A stretch of 64,000 bases of DNA from an uncultured Nitrososphaerota archaeon (GCA_963842885.1 CAWJIE010000004.1:192001-256000), one strand, 5' to 3'. Numbered from the stretch's first letter, positions 30,888 to 41,578 are shown. The notes: generated by a model from the letters alone, not told the origin. A program made the numbers and translations.

Positions 30888-32554
30888 CTAGGAGGAGACC
30901 TTCCGGAGGAAGGGGTCGAGCGAGACCTCCAAGATGGAGACGGGGGTGCGCAGGCCGAAGGAGAGTACCACCTTGGGGGACACCTCACCTACGACGCCCA
31001 GCCTCCTCCCACGGTAGATGCATTCGGCAGCCCGCCCGTCTATGAGGAATGGGACTTGGATAGGCCTGTACGCCGCCTTCACGTTGAACGTCCTGAGGAG
31101 GACCGTGTCGATGATGGATTTTGCATCGGTGAAGCTGGCCGTGTTGTTCGTGATTGCGGCGGCGAAGTGGAGTTCCTCTTTGACGCCCGTCTCCGTGCCA
31201 TGGGCTGGTGAAAAGACCTCGGCCATCTCGAAGACGCACTGCGGATACTGTTCGTGAATGTTGTCGGCAAGGAGCTGCAGAAGAGTGGGCACCAGCATGT
31301 CCCTCAGATATTCGTAGAGAGAGCTCTTCGAAGCGGCCACCTTCAGGGGAGACTCCTTCTTCCTTTCCATCTTCTCATAGAGGACATCTCCGCTGGTCAG
31401 AGAATATCCCATCACTTCTTGGAGGCCCAGTCCGACGGCGGACCTCCTGACGGCCTCCATGAGATGCGTTCGAGGAGGACAGGGAGCCCTTCGTGTACTT
31501 GAAATCGTAGGACGGCTGCAGCTTCTCGAATCCGTATCCGTACATCACTTCCTCTGCCAGGTCCACCGAGTGGAGAAGATCGAACCTGTAACGGGGAGCC
31601 GTCACGGCTATCTTCCCGCCGCTGGCGGCGGCGTCCAACCTGGACCTCCTGAGCGCGTTCACGATCTCCGAGTCCTTGAGCTTGAGACCCAGCCTGTTGG
31701 AGATGAGCTGGTTGGTCACGACAAAGGAGAAGGGTTCGAGGGAAGGCGTGAACGCTCATCCTTCCCCCGTCTCTCACTCCCACGCTGAAGACCTGAGCGC
31801 CGGCGTCCCAGAATACCTCGGCCAGGAGGGCCAAGCAGTCCTCAAGTACCCTCCGGTCAGTCCCAGTGACATCGATGAGCAAGTTCTTCGTCTGCGGAGT
31901 GACCTTCGTCGTGTTGCCGTTGATCACCGGGGGGAAGGACAGGACCGTCTTCTTCGCGTCGATGATGATCGGGTAAATCTCGTGGGCGGAGACCAGGGAT
32001 GCATACTTCCTCCCTGTAGGCAGCTCGGAGAGGATCTCACCTATGGTCAGCGGAACCTTCGAATCAAGAGGAGTGAATCTGAACGACGAACGGACGGTGG
32101 AGTACTTCAGCGGGGCCTTGACGGCATCGGCGTCGTGTATGCCGATGGCCAGCTTGGCCCTCTTCCTGCCCAGACCGTTGTGAAGGTCCTCCTGCATGGA
32201 GATGATCTGCCGTATGGTTTCGTCGTCAAGCTCGACTCCCTTTGCTAGGAGCCCCGCAATGCAGGGTCTGACCTTCTTCACCGAGATGTCCACGCTGAAA
32301 ATGACATCGGACTTCAGGAGCCTGTGTCTGGGCACCCCTTTGGCGAGGCCGAAGCTGCCCCTCAGGGACCTGGCGATTCCGTAATCGGTGGAATAGTCCA
32401 ACCTGTTGGGGTCATATTCGACTTTGACGGAATCCTCCGAAACCTCCTCTATGTGGAGGCCGAGATGGGGGAGCCTGTCGACGAGCTCCTTGAAGCCCAA
32501 GTTGCCCCCGACCAGCGCCTGAAGCCGGTCCTTGCGGAGTGTGATTACGGGCAT
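30888..32554 (-). CDS. pheT: Phenylalanine--tRNA ligase beta subunit (frameshifts ~31745, ~31465)
   Basis: MPVI, PNRLDY, QEDLH..GRKRAKLAIGIHD, SFPPVIN, DLLHSVDLAEEV..YG, YPQCVFE, GEVSP. Confidence 0.93.
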
Positions 32555-34050
32555 TGAGGTACCTCCCTAAGCCAGGAGAGCCTATTGCTATAGAAGTCCC
32601 GCATGTCGGCTGCGTCGAAGTACAGCATTGCCAGCCTTTCGAGGCCGAATCCCCAAGCTATGACGGGGTTCTTGACGCCTGCGGGAAGGGTGACTTCGGG
32701 CCTGAACACCCCCGATCCGCCCAGCTCCAGCCATCTTCCGAGCTTCTCGGAGTAGACCTGAGGCTCCAGCGATGGTTCGGTGTATGGGAAGAAGGAAGGC
32801 TGGAACGTGACCTTCTTGAAGCCAAGCCCCTTGAGAAAGGCGGACAGATAGCCCATGAGCAGACGGACGCTGGCGTCCTTCTCCACTACGATTCCTTCTA
32901 TCTGGTTGAACTCCATGAGGTGGGTGGAGTTGGCGCTCTCATTCCTGAACACCTTCCCCAGGCTGAAGACCTTTGCTTCTTCACGGGAGTTCTCGGCGAG
33001 GTATCTGATGGTGATGGCCGTGGTGTGGGTCCTCATGACGGACCTCTCCGCTTCTGAGAGCGACCAACGGTACCCCCAGCCCTTCGATCCCAAGTTCCAG
33101 CCGTCCTCATGTACCCTTTTCACCCTGTTGACCAGCGGCGCATTTCCGACGGTGGACTTGACATCCTGCACGTAGAACGTGTCCTGCATCTCACGGGCGG
33201 GGTGCTCCTGAGGTGTGAATAGGGCATCGAACGTCCAGAAACTGGACTGCACAAGAGGCCCGTCCACCTCCTCAAAGCCCATCGCGAGGAGCGTCTCCCT
33301 GACAAGCCTGAGGAAGGTCGCCATGGGGTGCTCCTTTCCCATCGGGAGGATGGGCGAAGATGGTGAGACGTCCAGTTTTGAAAGTCGAACCGACCCAGCG
33401 GCGGCCCTATCCAGCAGCGCGGCGGTGAGGACCACCTCCTCCGCGGTGTCCAGGTTGACTTCCGCCGGCACGCTCAGGAGTTTGACTAGGGCCGCCTTTT
33501 CGTCCTTCTCGGTGAAGTAATCTGGACGCTTGGAAAGGTCACCAAGGATGCGCAACTCATCCGGAGCAAGCGTCTTCTTGTCCGTCGGTCCGGAGGACAG
33601 CTTCTTGAGGAGCGCTTCAGAGGGCTGCATCGGAGGCGAGGCAAGCGGAGATGCGGCCAGGGCCTCACCCTCCTTGCCGATCTTGATCCATCCCAGCTGC
33701 CTGGCCCTGCCCAGAGCCGCGTTGAAGGTCGCTGGCTCCATCTTCAGCTCGGCGTTCAGGTGAGCCAAAGGGAGCGGAGCGCCCTTGGTGGAGAGGAGGC
33801 GTGCGAGACGTGCCTCGGGGAGGCCGTCCGCGGCGATGGCCCTGCCTTCCTTCCCGAGTGTTATGACGGTGCGCGCCTTGACTTCGACATCGACATACCC
33901 CTTGGCCCTGAGCCATTCCACGACACGCCTCAGCTGGTCGATGTTCTCATTCGATTCCCTCGCCAGCTCCTCCAATTCCATGACCTTTCGCCGTAGGAGG
34001 ATTGAGAGAGCCCTCTTCTCGAGGGGATGGAGAGGCGTCTGACTTGACAA
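32545..34050 (-). CDS. pheS: Phenylalanine--tRNA ligase alpha subunit
   Basis: FDALFTPQEHPAREMQDTF, RTHTT, VFRNE, FPYTEPS, AWGFGLERL. Confidence 0.95.
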   Translation of the reverse strand: MSSQTPLHPLEKRALSILLRRKVMELEELARESNENIDQLRRVVEWLRAKGYVDVEVKARTVITLGKEGRAIAADGLPEARLARLLSTKGAPLPLAHLNAELKMEPATFNAALGRARQLGWIKIGKEGEALAASPLASPPMQPSEALLKKLSSGPTDKKTLAPDELRILGDLSKRPDYFTEKDEKAALVKLLSVPAEVNLDTAEEVVLTAALLDRAAAGSVRLSKLDVSPSSPILPMGKEHPMATFLRLVRETLLAMGFEEVDGPLVQSSFWTFDALFTPQEHPAREMQDTFYVQDVKSTVGNAPLVNRVKRVHEDGWNLGSKGWGYRWSLSEAERSVMRTHTTAITIRYLAENSREEAKVFSLGKVFRNESANSTHLMEFNQIEGIVVEKDASVRLLMGYLSAFLKGLGFKKVTFQPSFFPYTEPSLEPQVYSEKLGRWLELGGSGVFRPEVTLPAGVKNPVIAWGFGLERLAMLYFDAADMRDFYSNRLSWLREVPQCP

Positions 34051-34097
34051 GAGAGAATGAATCCACCTCGTTTATGTCATACCTCAATCGTGGGTGC

Positions 34098-35228
34098 CTA
34101 AATAGGCTTCTGTCCCACGAGAGACTTGCTGCGCTCCAACAGCGATTCGGCTTCGGGGGTCATCTCCTCCCTCTTCTCTCGATGTTCTGTCAGGAAGGTT
34201 TCGACGTAGCCGATCGCCTGGAGCTTGCATCCTCCACAGAGGCGGGCCCCAGAGACGCATTCATCGTAGACCGTCTTGACGACTCCTTCGTCGTCTACGA
34301 AATGGTAGAGGTAGAGGTCGTAGACCGGACAGATGTTCGGATTAGCGCCGAGCTTCCTCTGTTCCTCCACCGTGGCCCTCCCGCCCGTGAAGGCGGCGAG
34401 TATCTTCTTTCTGGCTTCCTTGGGCGTGTCCGAAAGGGTCAGCATAGTCATGGGGTCCCTCTTCGACATCTTAGTGTCCCCTTTGAGCGACCTGACCAGC
34501 TTGTGGTATATCGAGGAGGGCGGAATCAAACCCATATCGGCGGCGTGCTTCTGGGCAATATCCCTTGTCAGCCTGATGTGGGGATCCTGGTCGGCGCCGA
34601 CGGGTACGAGGACGGGCTTTGGCCCCCCGAAGATCTTGGTCTCCGGGAGAAGTATGTCCCCCGCTTGGACGAAGGCCGAGAGATAGAGGCCGATGGGCCT
34701 GTCACCGTAGATGGCCTTGAGCGTGTTGAACGTGACGTCGCGGGAGAAGATGAAAGCGAGGTCCTGGACTGCCAAGGAGTCGGATTGCTTGTAGACTACA
34801 GCCCGTTTTGGGTCCAAGCCCAGCGCCAGCAGGTCAGCGACGTTGATGACGGCCATCTTCGAGCTTTCGGCCATGCTCATCCCGTTGTCGCAGTAGGCTT
34901 CGACATCGGCGATTGCGTAGAACGCCGTAGCGCTCTTCGAAAGGGATTGGAAGAAGATTATCTCATCGGCCGTGACCTTGCTGCCGAGGTGGAAGGGGCC
35001 CGTCGGCTTGATGCCGGACATGACGGCGTAGGGCTTTCCAGCCTTCGCAGCGTCCAAGATTCGCTGCAGTTCCCGCTGGCCGAAGATGAACTTCCTTCTC
35101 GCATACCTGTTGCCCTTCAGGGCCTCCGAAAGCTCCTGTGGCATGGGTGAGATGCCGAACTCTTGGTAGAGGCGGTCGTAATCCTTGATGTCGGAAGTGC
35201 CCCATGGGTCGAGGTGAGGTTCTGACAT
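34098..35228 (-). CDS. trpS: Tryptophan--tRNA ligase
   Basis: LDPWG, SGIKPTGPFHLG (HIGH), PVGADQDPHIRLTRD, KMSKR. Confidence 0.93.
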   Translation of the reverse strand: MSEPHLDPWGTSDIKDYDRLYQEFGISPMPQELSEALKGNRYARRKFIFGQRELQRILDAAKAGKPYAVMSGIKPTGPFHLGSKVTADEIIFFQSLSKSATAFYAIADVEAYCDNGMSMAESSKMAVINVADLLALGLDPKRAVVYKQSDSLAVQDLAFIFSRDVTFNTLKAIYGDRPIGLYLSAFVQAGDILLPETKIFGGPKPVLVPVGADQDPHIRLTRDIAQKHAADMGLIPPSSIYHKLVRSLKGDTKMSKRDPMTMLTLSDTPKEARKKILAAFTGGRATVEEQRKLGANPNICPVYDLYLYHFVDDEGVVKTVYDECVSGARLCGGCKLQAIGYVETFLTEHREKREEMTPEAESLLERSKSLVGQKPI

Positions 35229-35268
35229 TGCTACGGTGAATCCGACAGCCGTCCTGTTGAAAAACTTT

Positions 35269-35766
35269 TCAACGTCCCCCGGAGAGGAGGTGGCCCTCTC
35301 TGTCTATCTCATGGATTCGGATTCGTGTCGAGGAGATCCTGACACCGTCCTCTGCCAACACCAAGGGGACCAGCACGACATGCACCGTCCTGAGGCCCGC
35401 CTTGGCCCTGACTACGTTGGCCTCCATCCCCCGATCGAAGGAATCGGGGGTCACAACCACAGCTTCGACTGCGGGGTCGCTGGCCAGGGGACCGTAGGGC
35501 TCCTGAAGCTGGAAGAGCCTGAAAGGTTCGCCGGCGTGCTTCTTCGCGATGTACTTGGCCACGTTCATGAACCTGTCGTTGTAGTGCTGTTCGGGGGTCT
35601 TACCCAGCGAATGCGCGAGGGCGTCGGAGACGACGCCGACGAGAAGAGTCCGACCTATTTCGAATCCTTCGTCCAGGAGCGCCCTATGGCCCCTGTGAAG
35701 GTAGTCGAAGGTCCCTCCCAGAGCGACGACTTTGAATCTTTTGGAGGCGGCCCGCTTCTTATGCAA
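35269..35766 (-). CDS. coaD: Phosphopantetheine adenylyltransferase (archaeal)
   Basis: ALGGTFDYLHRGH, PYGP, ISSTRIR. Confidence 0.88.
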   Translation of the reverse strand: MHKKRAASKRFKVVALGGTFDYLHRGHRALLDEGFEIGRTLLVGVVSDALAHSLGKTPEQHYNDRFMNVAKYIAKKHAGEPFRLFQLQEPYGPLASDPAVEAVVVTPDSFDRGMEANVVRAKAGLRTVHVVLVPLVLAEDGVRISSTRIRIHEIDREGHLLSGGR

Positions 35767-35831
35767 GTCCTCTGCAGTAGAGTTAGCAAAACGTCTTTAT
35801 TTTAAACCATTCCCAAGAGGTTGGCGAGCGC

Positions 35832-36725
35832 TTGACCCCAAGGGAATCGTACGTCAACGCAGGCAAGATAGCCTCCGAAGCATTGCGATACGGGGCCGAC
35901 ATGGTGACGGAGGACATGCTGGTCGAGGAGATCTGTGAGAAGGTGGAGGCGAGGATCATCTCCAGAGGGGGATTTCCCGCATTCCCCTGCAACGTATCAC
36001 AGAATTCCGAGGCCGCCCACTATTCGGCTTCCCCAGGCGATGGCCGGAAGATAGAAAGGAACTCCATCGTAAAGGTGGACATCGGGGTCCACGTAGATGG
36101 TTACATCGCCGACACCGCGGTGACGGTTAATTTCAATCCGGCCTTGGAGGACATGGTGTCGGCGAACAGGGCAATCCTGTCGGATGCTTTGAAGACCATC
36201 AGGCGTGATGTGGTCGTGGGCAATGTGGGCGAAGTCGTCGAGACTGAGGCGGGAAGGAGGGGCTACAGGCCCATCTCGAACCTCGCGGGCCACCAGTTGG
36301 ACCAGTACGTCCTCCACGCGGGGGTCTCCATACCAAACGACAGGGAGAGGACTGAAGCGTCTTTCAGGCTGGACACTGCCTACGCCATAGAGCCTTTCCT
36401 CGTGTCCCGGTCCACCCGAGGCTTGGTGATCAACGGCCCCCCGGGTAACATATACAGGCTCGTGAGCAGGAAGCGCAACAAGGACAAGGCCCTAGCCGAC
36501 GCGGCGGAGTTCATCTGGCAGAGCTACAAGAGCCTCCCCTTCAGTTCACGGTGGTTCGTGAAGGGATACGGAGGCGCCAAGGCTGTGATCCTGCTGCAGT
36601 CGATGTTGAAACAGCGGATCGTCATGACCTACCCGGTCCTTGTTACGGCCGACGAGTCTCCGGTCTCTCAGTTCGAACATACGGTCTATGTAGGAGAAAA
36701 CGAGACCACGGTGACGACGCTCTAG
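35832..36725 (+). CDS. map: Methionine aminopeptidase type II
   Basis: PAFPCNVS, AAHY, KVDIGVHVDGYIADTA, NLAGH, AIEPF, SQFEHT. Confidence 0.93.
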   Translation: MTPRESYVNAGKIASEALRYGADMVTEDMLVEEICEKVEARIISRGGFPAFPCNVSQNSEAAHYSASPGDGRKIERNSIVKVDIGVHVDGYIADTAVTVNFNPALEDMVSANRAILSDALKTIRRDVVVGNVGEVVETEAGRRGYRPISNLAGHQLDQYVLHAGVSIPNDRERTEASFRLDTAYAIEPFLVSRSTRGLVINGPPGNIYRLVSRKRNKDKALADAAEFIWQSYKSLPFSSRWFVKGYGGAKAVILLQSMLKQRIVMTYPVLVTADESPVSQFEHTVYVGENETTVTTL

Positions 36726-36916
36726 CTCTTCGGCGGGGCCTCAGCGTAGATGGCAGAAATGGACATGGTAGTGCCGCAGCGCGGGCACTTCCCCACTTCC
36801 TTGACGATGAAATCGCCTTGAGTGAACAGCCTCTTGTTCTTCAAGCCGCACTTAGGACACTCCTCGACGGTGTAGATTATCTGTTTCTGGTGCCTTCCGA
36901 CTTCGGCGCCCATCAA
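36722..36916 (-). CDS. Small zinc-ribbon protein
   Basis: CPKC...RLFTQGDFI...CPRC...ISAIY; directly downstream of the DUF1512-like gene. Confidence 0.7.
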   Translation of the reverse strand: MMGAEVGRHQKQIIYTVEECPKCGLKNKRLFTQGDFIVKEVGKCPRCGTTMSISAIYAEAPPKS

Positions 36917-36931
36917 TCCACCATCACCGTT

Positions 36932-38062
36932 CTACTGGGCGACGCCCAGCGTGTTCCCCACCCCGATGATGATGACCTTGCCGTTCTCGGGGATCGTCTG
37001 CTCGACGATCCTGTAGACGGACTTCTGGACTTCGCCGACGGACTCCGATATCTCCTTCTTCATGGCGCCGATGGCCTCGATGAGGGACTCCTTCACGATG
37101 ATGGCGTAAAGCGGGATCCCCTTCTTGTACGCCACTTCTTCTATCTTGAATTTCTCAACACCATAGCCCCCTATGGCCGCGCCGACGCCTTCGGCGACCT
37201 CCCCCGTCTTCTCTCCCTCCATCTTGAGGGCGGCGTCAATCATTATGATGGCTTTGGCGTCGCTGTGCTCTCCGTCGAGGATCTTGATCAGAGCGTCGTC
37301 CAGCTCGCCCAACGAGCCCTTCGGCCCCTCGGCCTTGATTAGGATTACCTTCCTGCTCTTGTAGTCCGTCTCCGCCAGCATGGTGTCCCTTTCCACCTGG
37401 GTCTTCGGCCTGTCCTTCATCAGGAGGCCGACGCTCATTGCCCCGATTCCGTCGCCCAGCGGTTGGCCCTGTTCGACCGCGCCCATAGACGAAACCAGCG
37501 CATCGGCCTGCTTCAGGAGCGTGGGCAAGATCATCTGGAGCTGGTAGATCAGATAGAAATTGGAAGACTTCTTCCCCAGAAGGTAAAAATGACGCACAAT
37601 CTTGTATACCTGATTCATGGCGGCGGCGACGCCGGCCATGTTCTCGATGACGCTGCGCTCGACGTCGCTAATGTTGGGCATGAGTTGCACCACTTCATCT
37701 CTGATACGGTCGTCTTGGGTCGTCAGGATATGGTCCAGCTTCTTGACGACGCCGCTGGGGTCCATGCTGACGGGCTGAATCATGAAGTATTCAAGGAAGT
37801 CGTCCATCTTCTTTGGGGCGTCCATGTTGCCAGGGGCCCTCTTCGTGACGTAACCCAGCAGGGTCTGCTTGGACTTGTCTCTGAGCACGCTCAGACGCGC
37901 GAGACTCCTGCTCACGTCTCCTGCGTACTGCATACTCAGCAGGCGCTGGCCGAACACCATATAGATGAAAAGCGGACCTATGATGAATGCGATTTGCAAC
38001 CCTAGGTTAGTCACGGATCCAATTGGGATCTGGAAAGGAATCGGCGTAGCAAACACGTCCAA
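36932..38062 (-). CDS. DUF1512 family protein
   Basis: PVSMDPSG, KIVRHFYL, PLGDGIG, IKAEGP, IDAALKMEGEKTG, GVGNTLGVAQ. Confidence 0.8.
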   Translation of the reverse strand: MDVFATPIPFQIPIGSVTNLGLQIAFIIGPLFIYMVFGQRLLSMQYAGDVSRSLARLSVLRDKSKQTLLGYVTKRAPGNMDAPKKMDDFLEYFMIQPVSMDPSGVVKKLDHILTTQDDRIRDEVVQLMPNISDVERSVIENMAGVAAAMNQVYKIVRHFYLLGKKSSNFYLIYQLQMILPTLLKQADALVSSMGAVEQGQPLGDGIGAMSVGLLMKDRPKTQVERDTMLAETDYKSRKVILIKAEGPKGSLGELDDALIKILDGEHSDAKAIIMIDAALKMEGEKTGEVAEGVGAAIGGYGVEKFKIEEVAYKKGIPLYAIIVKESLIEAIGAMKKEISESVGEVQKSVYRIVEQTIPENGKVIIIGVGNTLGVAQ

Positions 38063-38221
38063 TGAGGTTGGTATTAAAGCATTATTTTAAGCTATTACGT
38101 GTTCCATGCCCGTAGTCCTCCGCCCATCGATCCTCTCGCCGCCAGGCTCCATCCGTTCAACGCGGTCGTCCTGTCTTTGGATGGTCGGTGGGGAATGGCT
38201 GCCACTGAGGGTGAACAAGTA

Positions 38222-38340
38222 GGCGCCGGCACCACTGCTTCGCGAGAGCTCGCGCATCTCACTAGCACAGCGGCGGTGACGGGTTTAACTTCTGGGTTCG
38301 GAATGGGACCAGGTGGGACCCCGTCCCTATGGCCGGCTAA
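38222..38340 (-). rRNA. rrf: 5S rRNA (stand-alone)
   Basis: Reverse complement GCCGGCCATAGGGACGGGGTCCCACCTGGTCCCATTCCGAACCCAGAAGTTAAACCCGTC... with terminal GCCGGC pairing. Confidence 0.93.
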
Positions 38341-38473
38341 CCAGACCCACATCATGATATGGTAATTAACCTTTGCGCCCGTCGTACGATGAGACCTGGA
38401 CCGAAAAGGCGGGACACCCTCCCGTAACGCTTTTCAATGGAGTTCAATCACCACAAAGGATGCTGGGCGGGTT

Positions 38474-38642
38474 GGGAGCGTCGTCCAGCTTGGCAGTTCG
38501 CAGACAGGATGCCCTGGATAGGTAGGACGGCAGGCTCCAGAGGATTGCTACAGGTTCGCTGATCCCAGGAATGGGGATGATGTACATCTGGAGCACCGGG
38601 GGAACCTGTAGGCCGTGGGTTCAAGTCCCACCGCTCCCACCA
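38474..38642 (+). tRNA. tRNA-Trp(CCA) with a D-loop intron (38490-38520, after position 16) and a canonical 37/38 intron (38541-38603)
   Basis: GGGAGCG/CGCTCCC-A-CCA; D arm GTCC AGC|GGTA GGAC after splicing (BHB TCCA/TGGA); GCAGG CT CCA G|A CCTGT; GTGGG TTCAAGT CCCAC. Confidence 0.92.
38541..38603 (+). ncRNA. Intron-encoded box C/D guide RNA of pre-tRNA-Trp
   Basis: CTACAGGTT-cg-CTGA is antisense to the tRNA 3' exon start, with the +5 rule hitting C39; GGATGA is C'-like; TCTGGAGC-a-CCGG is antisense to the anticodon loop, with +5 hitting C34. Confidence 0.8.
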
Positions 38643-39138
38643 CTCTCAGCTGATTAGCTGCGAGCATCGCGCTTGGGGGTCGTCCGTGAAGCGACCGCGG
38701 CGGGTCGAAGAAGACGTATTTTCCACAGTCGCTTGCTCGATGCGGAGAATCGGTATGGCTGTCGACGATAGAGACAAGAAGCTGCTGGAAGCATTTTGGC
38801 GCGGTATTCCAGCAGAAGAGAATCACAGGAACGGCGGGGAGTTCGTAAACAGACAGACCCAGCCTTCCTATGGCAAGGGCCCTCGAGCCACATCCTGATG
38901 TCTCTCTGACTTCGCAGAATCACCCCACACTTGGAATGTTGATGAAAGATGGGCTAGCGACGGCCAGCTATGATGCGGCAGGAGCCCCACCGACTGCTGA
39001 AGGCCCAATGTTCATATTGCGGAGGCGGGATACTTCCCAAGCTGACCTCGGCGTGAATTCGTGCATGGCTTCAGTGGCCTGCTCTCCGTGCTCAGACTTT
39101 ATTGCCCACGATCGAGGGGCACGCGCAGGAGAACCCTG

Positions 39139-40764
39139 ATGAGACTGATAGATGTGTGGCGCCTGAGCCGGATTCCCTACGGAGAGGTCGCATACAGGTC
39201 GATAGCGCAGACTCGCAACGGGATGTGGTGGGGCTCCTTCGGCAAGAGAGACCCCGAGAAGGCCATGCAGAGCGACGCCGAGTTCATCCTAAGGGCTCTC
39301 AGAATAGCCAGATTCGACAAGGTCGTCGTAGGGGTCGTGAGCGTCTTTGCTTCGCTTCTGCCTTTCTGGTGGTCTCTCTCTGGCTCGACAGCGAATTCCA
39401 TTGCGGGGGCCGTTTCGCTTAGCCTTGCGACCTCCTTCGCGTTCGTGATGCTCTACGCTGTGCAGACTCTGTCCTCCTTCCTGAGCGCCGAGTCATGGAC
39501 TTGCCTGTCAACACTGCCCTTGGCGAAGCAGGACCTGTCCATGATTACGTTGTTTTCATTCGTGAGGACCGTCGATTACATGGTCTTGGGGGCCGTCGCG
39601 AGCCAAGTGATAGTCGTGGCCTTCCTGACGGCATCTCTCTTCGCAGCTGCCGCCACGCTCCTTGCCTCGGCTGTGAACATGCTTCTCGCGGTGACGCTCT
39701 CCCTCTGGTTCTCGAGGCTCTTCTACGGAAACATGGCGAGGGGAGGGAGGTCCAGACGTGGTACCTTGCTTCGAATCGCCTTCCTAGGCCTCTGGGGGCT
39801 GCTCCTGGTCAGCTTGGGGTTCCTCTTCAGCGCGGCGAGCTACTTGATGCCGTACCTGAACAACGTGCTCATCGGTGGAGAGCATGGGATCGGCTCCGCT
39901 CTGGCGGCCGTGTATCCCTTCTCCTTGGCCATCGTAGTCGCCGGCTCGACCGGTCCCGGGGTGGCTTCTCCTCTCCTTGCCACCGCGCTCGTCGCCGCGG
40001 CGTTCTACGCTGGGCTCTCCGCTTACCTTCTGAGATGGAGCCTGGGGAGGATAAGGGAGATGTCCCAGGCTTCTGGGATCTCCCATCATTTCGCCAAGGC
40101 TGGGGATTTCCTTCTCAGGGTGCGGAGCCCCCTGTTCGGATATGTCTGGAAGGATCTGAGGGCGTCATCTCGGAACCCGGCGACGGCCTTCTTCTACGCA
40201 CTGCCCGTGTTCGAGACCGTCGTTGTGCTCCTGTCAACCATGAGCCTGCCGGTCTTGAGGGCCTCCATAGTCCTCGTCGCGACGGCCATGGGAGGGGCCT
40301 TTACGCTTTTCATGCCGCTCGGACTTCTGAACGCGGAGGGAGGTGGGCTTTCATATACGATAGGCCTACCCGTGAAGGTGTCGACCATCGTCTCGGCAAA
40401 GGCGGTGATATCGACGCTCGCGTTCCTTCCAGTCCCGCTCGTCATGGTGGCGCTGGCGTTGTTCAGGCCCGTCACCTCGTCATTTATCCTCCTCTTGCCG
40501 CTTGTAGTGGTGGCGTCCGCGGCCGCTGGGAGCCTCGTAGAAGTATGGCTCTTCCTGGGTGTCTCGGCTGAGACAAGGACTTCTGCAGTGCTTCATGACA
40601 TGGTCCGGCTCCTGGCGGGGGTCTCCTTGATGCTCTTGCCGGAGCTGGCCTATGCGGGAGCTTACATCGTGTCCTTCGACCATGCTCTGTCTGTGTTGGC
40701 CGGTGCCGCGATTGCGGCCTTCGAGCTTGGGGCCGTGGTGCTGCTGGTCAGGCACCCTCGGTGA
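39139..40764 (+). CDS. Polytopic membrane protein, ABC-2/permease-like
   Basis: Many TM helices; LSTLPL and WKDLRASSRNP resemble ABC exporter permeases; no adjacent ATPase gene. Confidence 0.65.
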   Translation: MRLIDVWRLSRIPYGEVAYRSIAQTRNGMWWGSFGKRDPEKAMQSDAEFILRALRIARFDKVVVGVVSVFASLLPFWWSLSGSTANSIAGAVSLSLATSFAFVMLYAVQTLSSFLSAESWTCLSTLPLAKQDLSMITLFSFVRTVDYMVLGAVASQVIVVAFLTASLFAAAATLLASAVNMLLAVTLSLWFSRLFYGNMARGGRSRRGTLLRIAFLGLWGLLLVSLGFLFSAASYLMPYLNNVLIGGEHGIGSALAAVYPFSLAIVVAGSTGPGVASPLLATALVAAAFYAGLSAYLLRWSLGRIREMSQASGISHHFAKAGDFLLRVRSPLFGYVWKDLRASSRNPATAFFYALPVFETVVVLLSTMSLPVLRASIVLVATAMGGAFTLFMPLGLLNAEGGGLSYTIGLPVKVSTIVSAKAVISTLAFLPVPLVMVALALFRPVTSSFILLLPLVVVASAAAGSLVEVWLFLGVSAETRTSAVLHDMVRLLAGVSLMLLPELAYAGAYIVSFDHALSVLAGAAIAAFELGAVVLLVRHPR

Positions 40765-40904
40765 GCTCGAATAGCTTCAGGTCGGAAGGACACATGAAGC
40801 CTCACCAGCCAGCATTGAGAGAGCCCAAGGCTTGAGTGAGGGTTCTTCTATCTCCGAGCGATTCGGACGCCTTCACGACACATAAATAGGGGTAGGCCTC
40901 AATT

Positions 40905-41312
40905 ATGACCGATATGCGCCTAGGGATGTTCCTAGCGGGGATGATTCTGCTTCTCGTAGGGGGATTCGCGGGAATGACGGGCTACCTTTACCTCTCTTCG
41001 AGCGGGACCTCCTTTCAGCAGGTCCTGTCATCCCTCCCGCCGGACCTGAGCACAACCGTCGGCCTGATGACCGTCGCGTCGGCAGGAGGAGCTGTGGTGG
41101 CGCTCATAGGGTTAGGCCTGATCGTCGGAGGGGCTGCCAGCAGGTACACGATAAGGTCGGCTGACCCGTTGGTTCTGAAGTCGTTGACCGAGAAGGAACC
41201 GGTACCCACCCCCAATGGGTATCCCGAAAATGTCGTCTTCTGTCAGAGCTGCGGACGACCAGTGAACATGAGCGATGAGTTCTGCGCCGTGTGCGGAGCC
41301 AAGGTCCGCTGA
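40905..41312 (+). CDS. Membrane protein with C-terminal zinc ribbon
   Basis: Two TM helices plus FCQSCG...FCAVCG. Confidence 0.75.
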   Translation: MTDMRLGMFLAGMILLLVGGFAGMTGYLYLSSSGTSFQQVLSSLPPDLSTTVGLMTVASAGGAVVALIGLGLIVGGAASRYTIRSADPLVLKSLTEKEPVPTPNGYPENVVFCQSCGRPVNMSDEFCAVCGAKVR

Positions 41313-41350
41313 TCCTTCCGACTCAGAAGAGATGCACATGAGGACGGCAG

Positions 41351-41578
41351 ATGTTGTTGCCCCGTAAGATTCCTCGGCCAACGCTGCGCCTCAAGACATA
41401 CAACGTAGTCCGCTGCCCCCACTGCAAGTTCGTCCAGGGAATACGAAAACAAGCGTCCTGCAAGTCCTGCGGGAGAAAGCTTGATGCCTCCAAGCTCCAG
41501 GTGCTTGGATCCACCAACAAGGTCACTGACCTCCCGCAGCTCGTTAGGAGCGTCAAGGAGTCCCTGGCCCTAAAGTAG
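41351..41578 (+). CDS. Small zinc-finger protein (DUF1922-like)
   Basis: YNVVRCPHC...CKSCGRKL. Confidence 0.65.
   Translation: MLLPRKIPRPTLRLKTYNVVRCPHCKFVQGIRKQASCKSCGRKLDASKLQVLGSTNKVTDLPQLVRSVKESLALK

Noticed and set aside
38650-39130. Short ORFs downstream of tRNA-Trp (e.g. MAVDDRDKKLLEAF...)
   Set aside because: Only a faint resemblance to an Lrp N-terminus; too degraded to call
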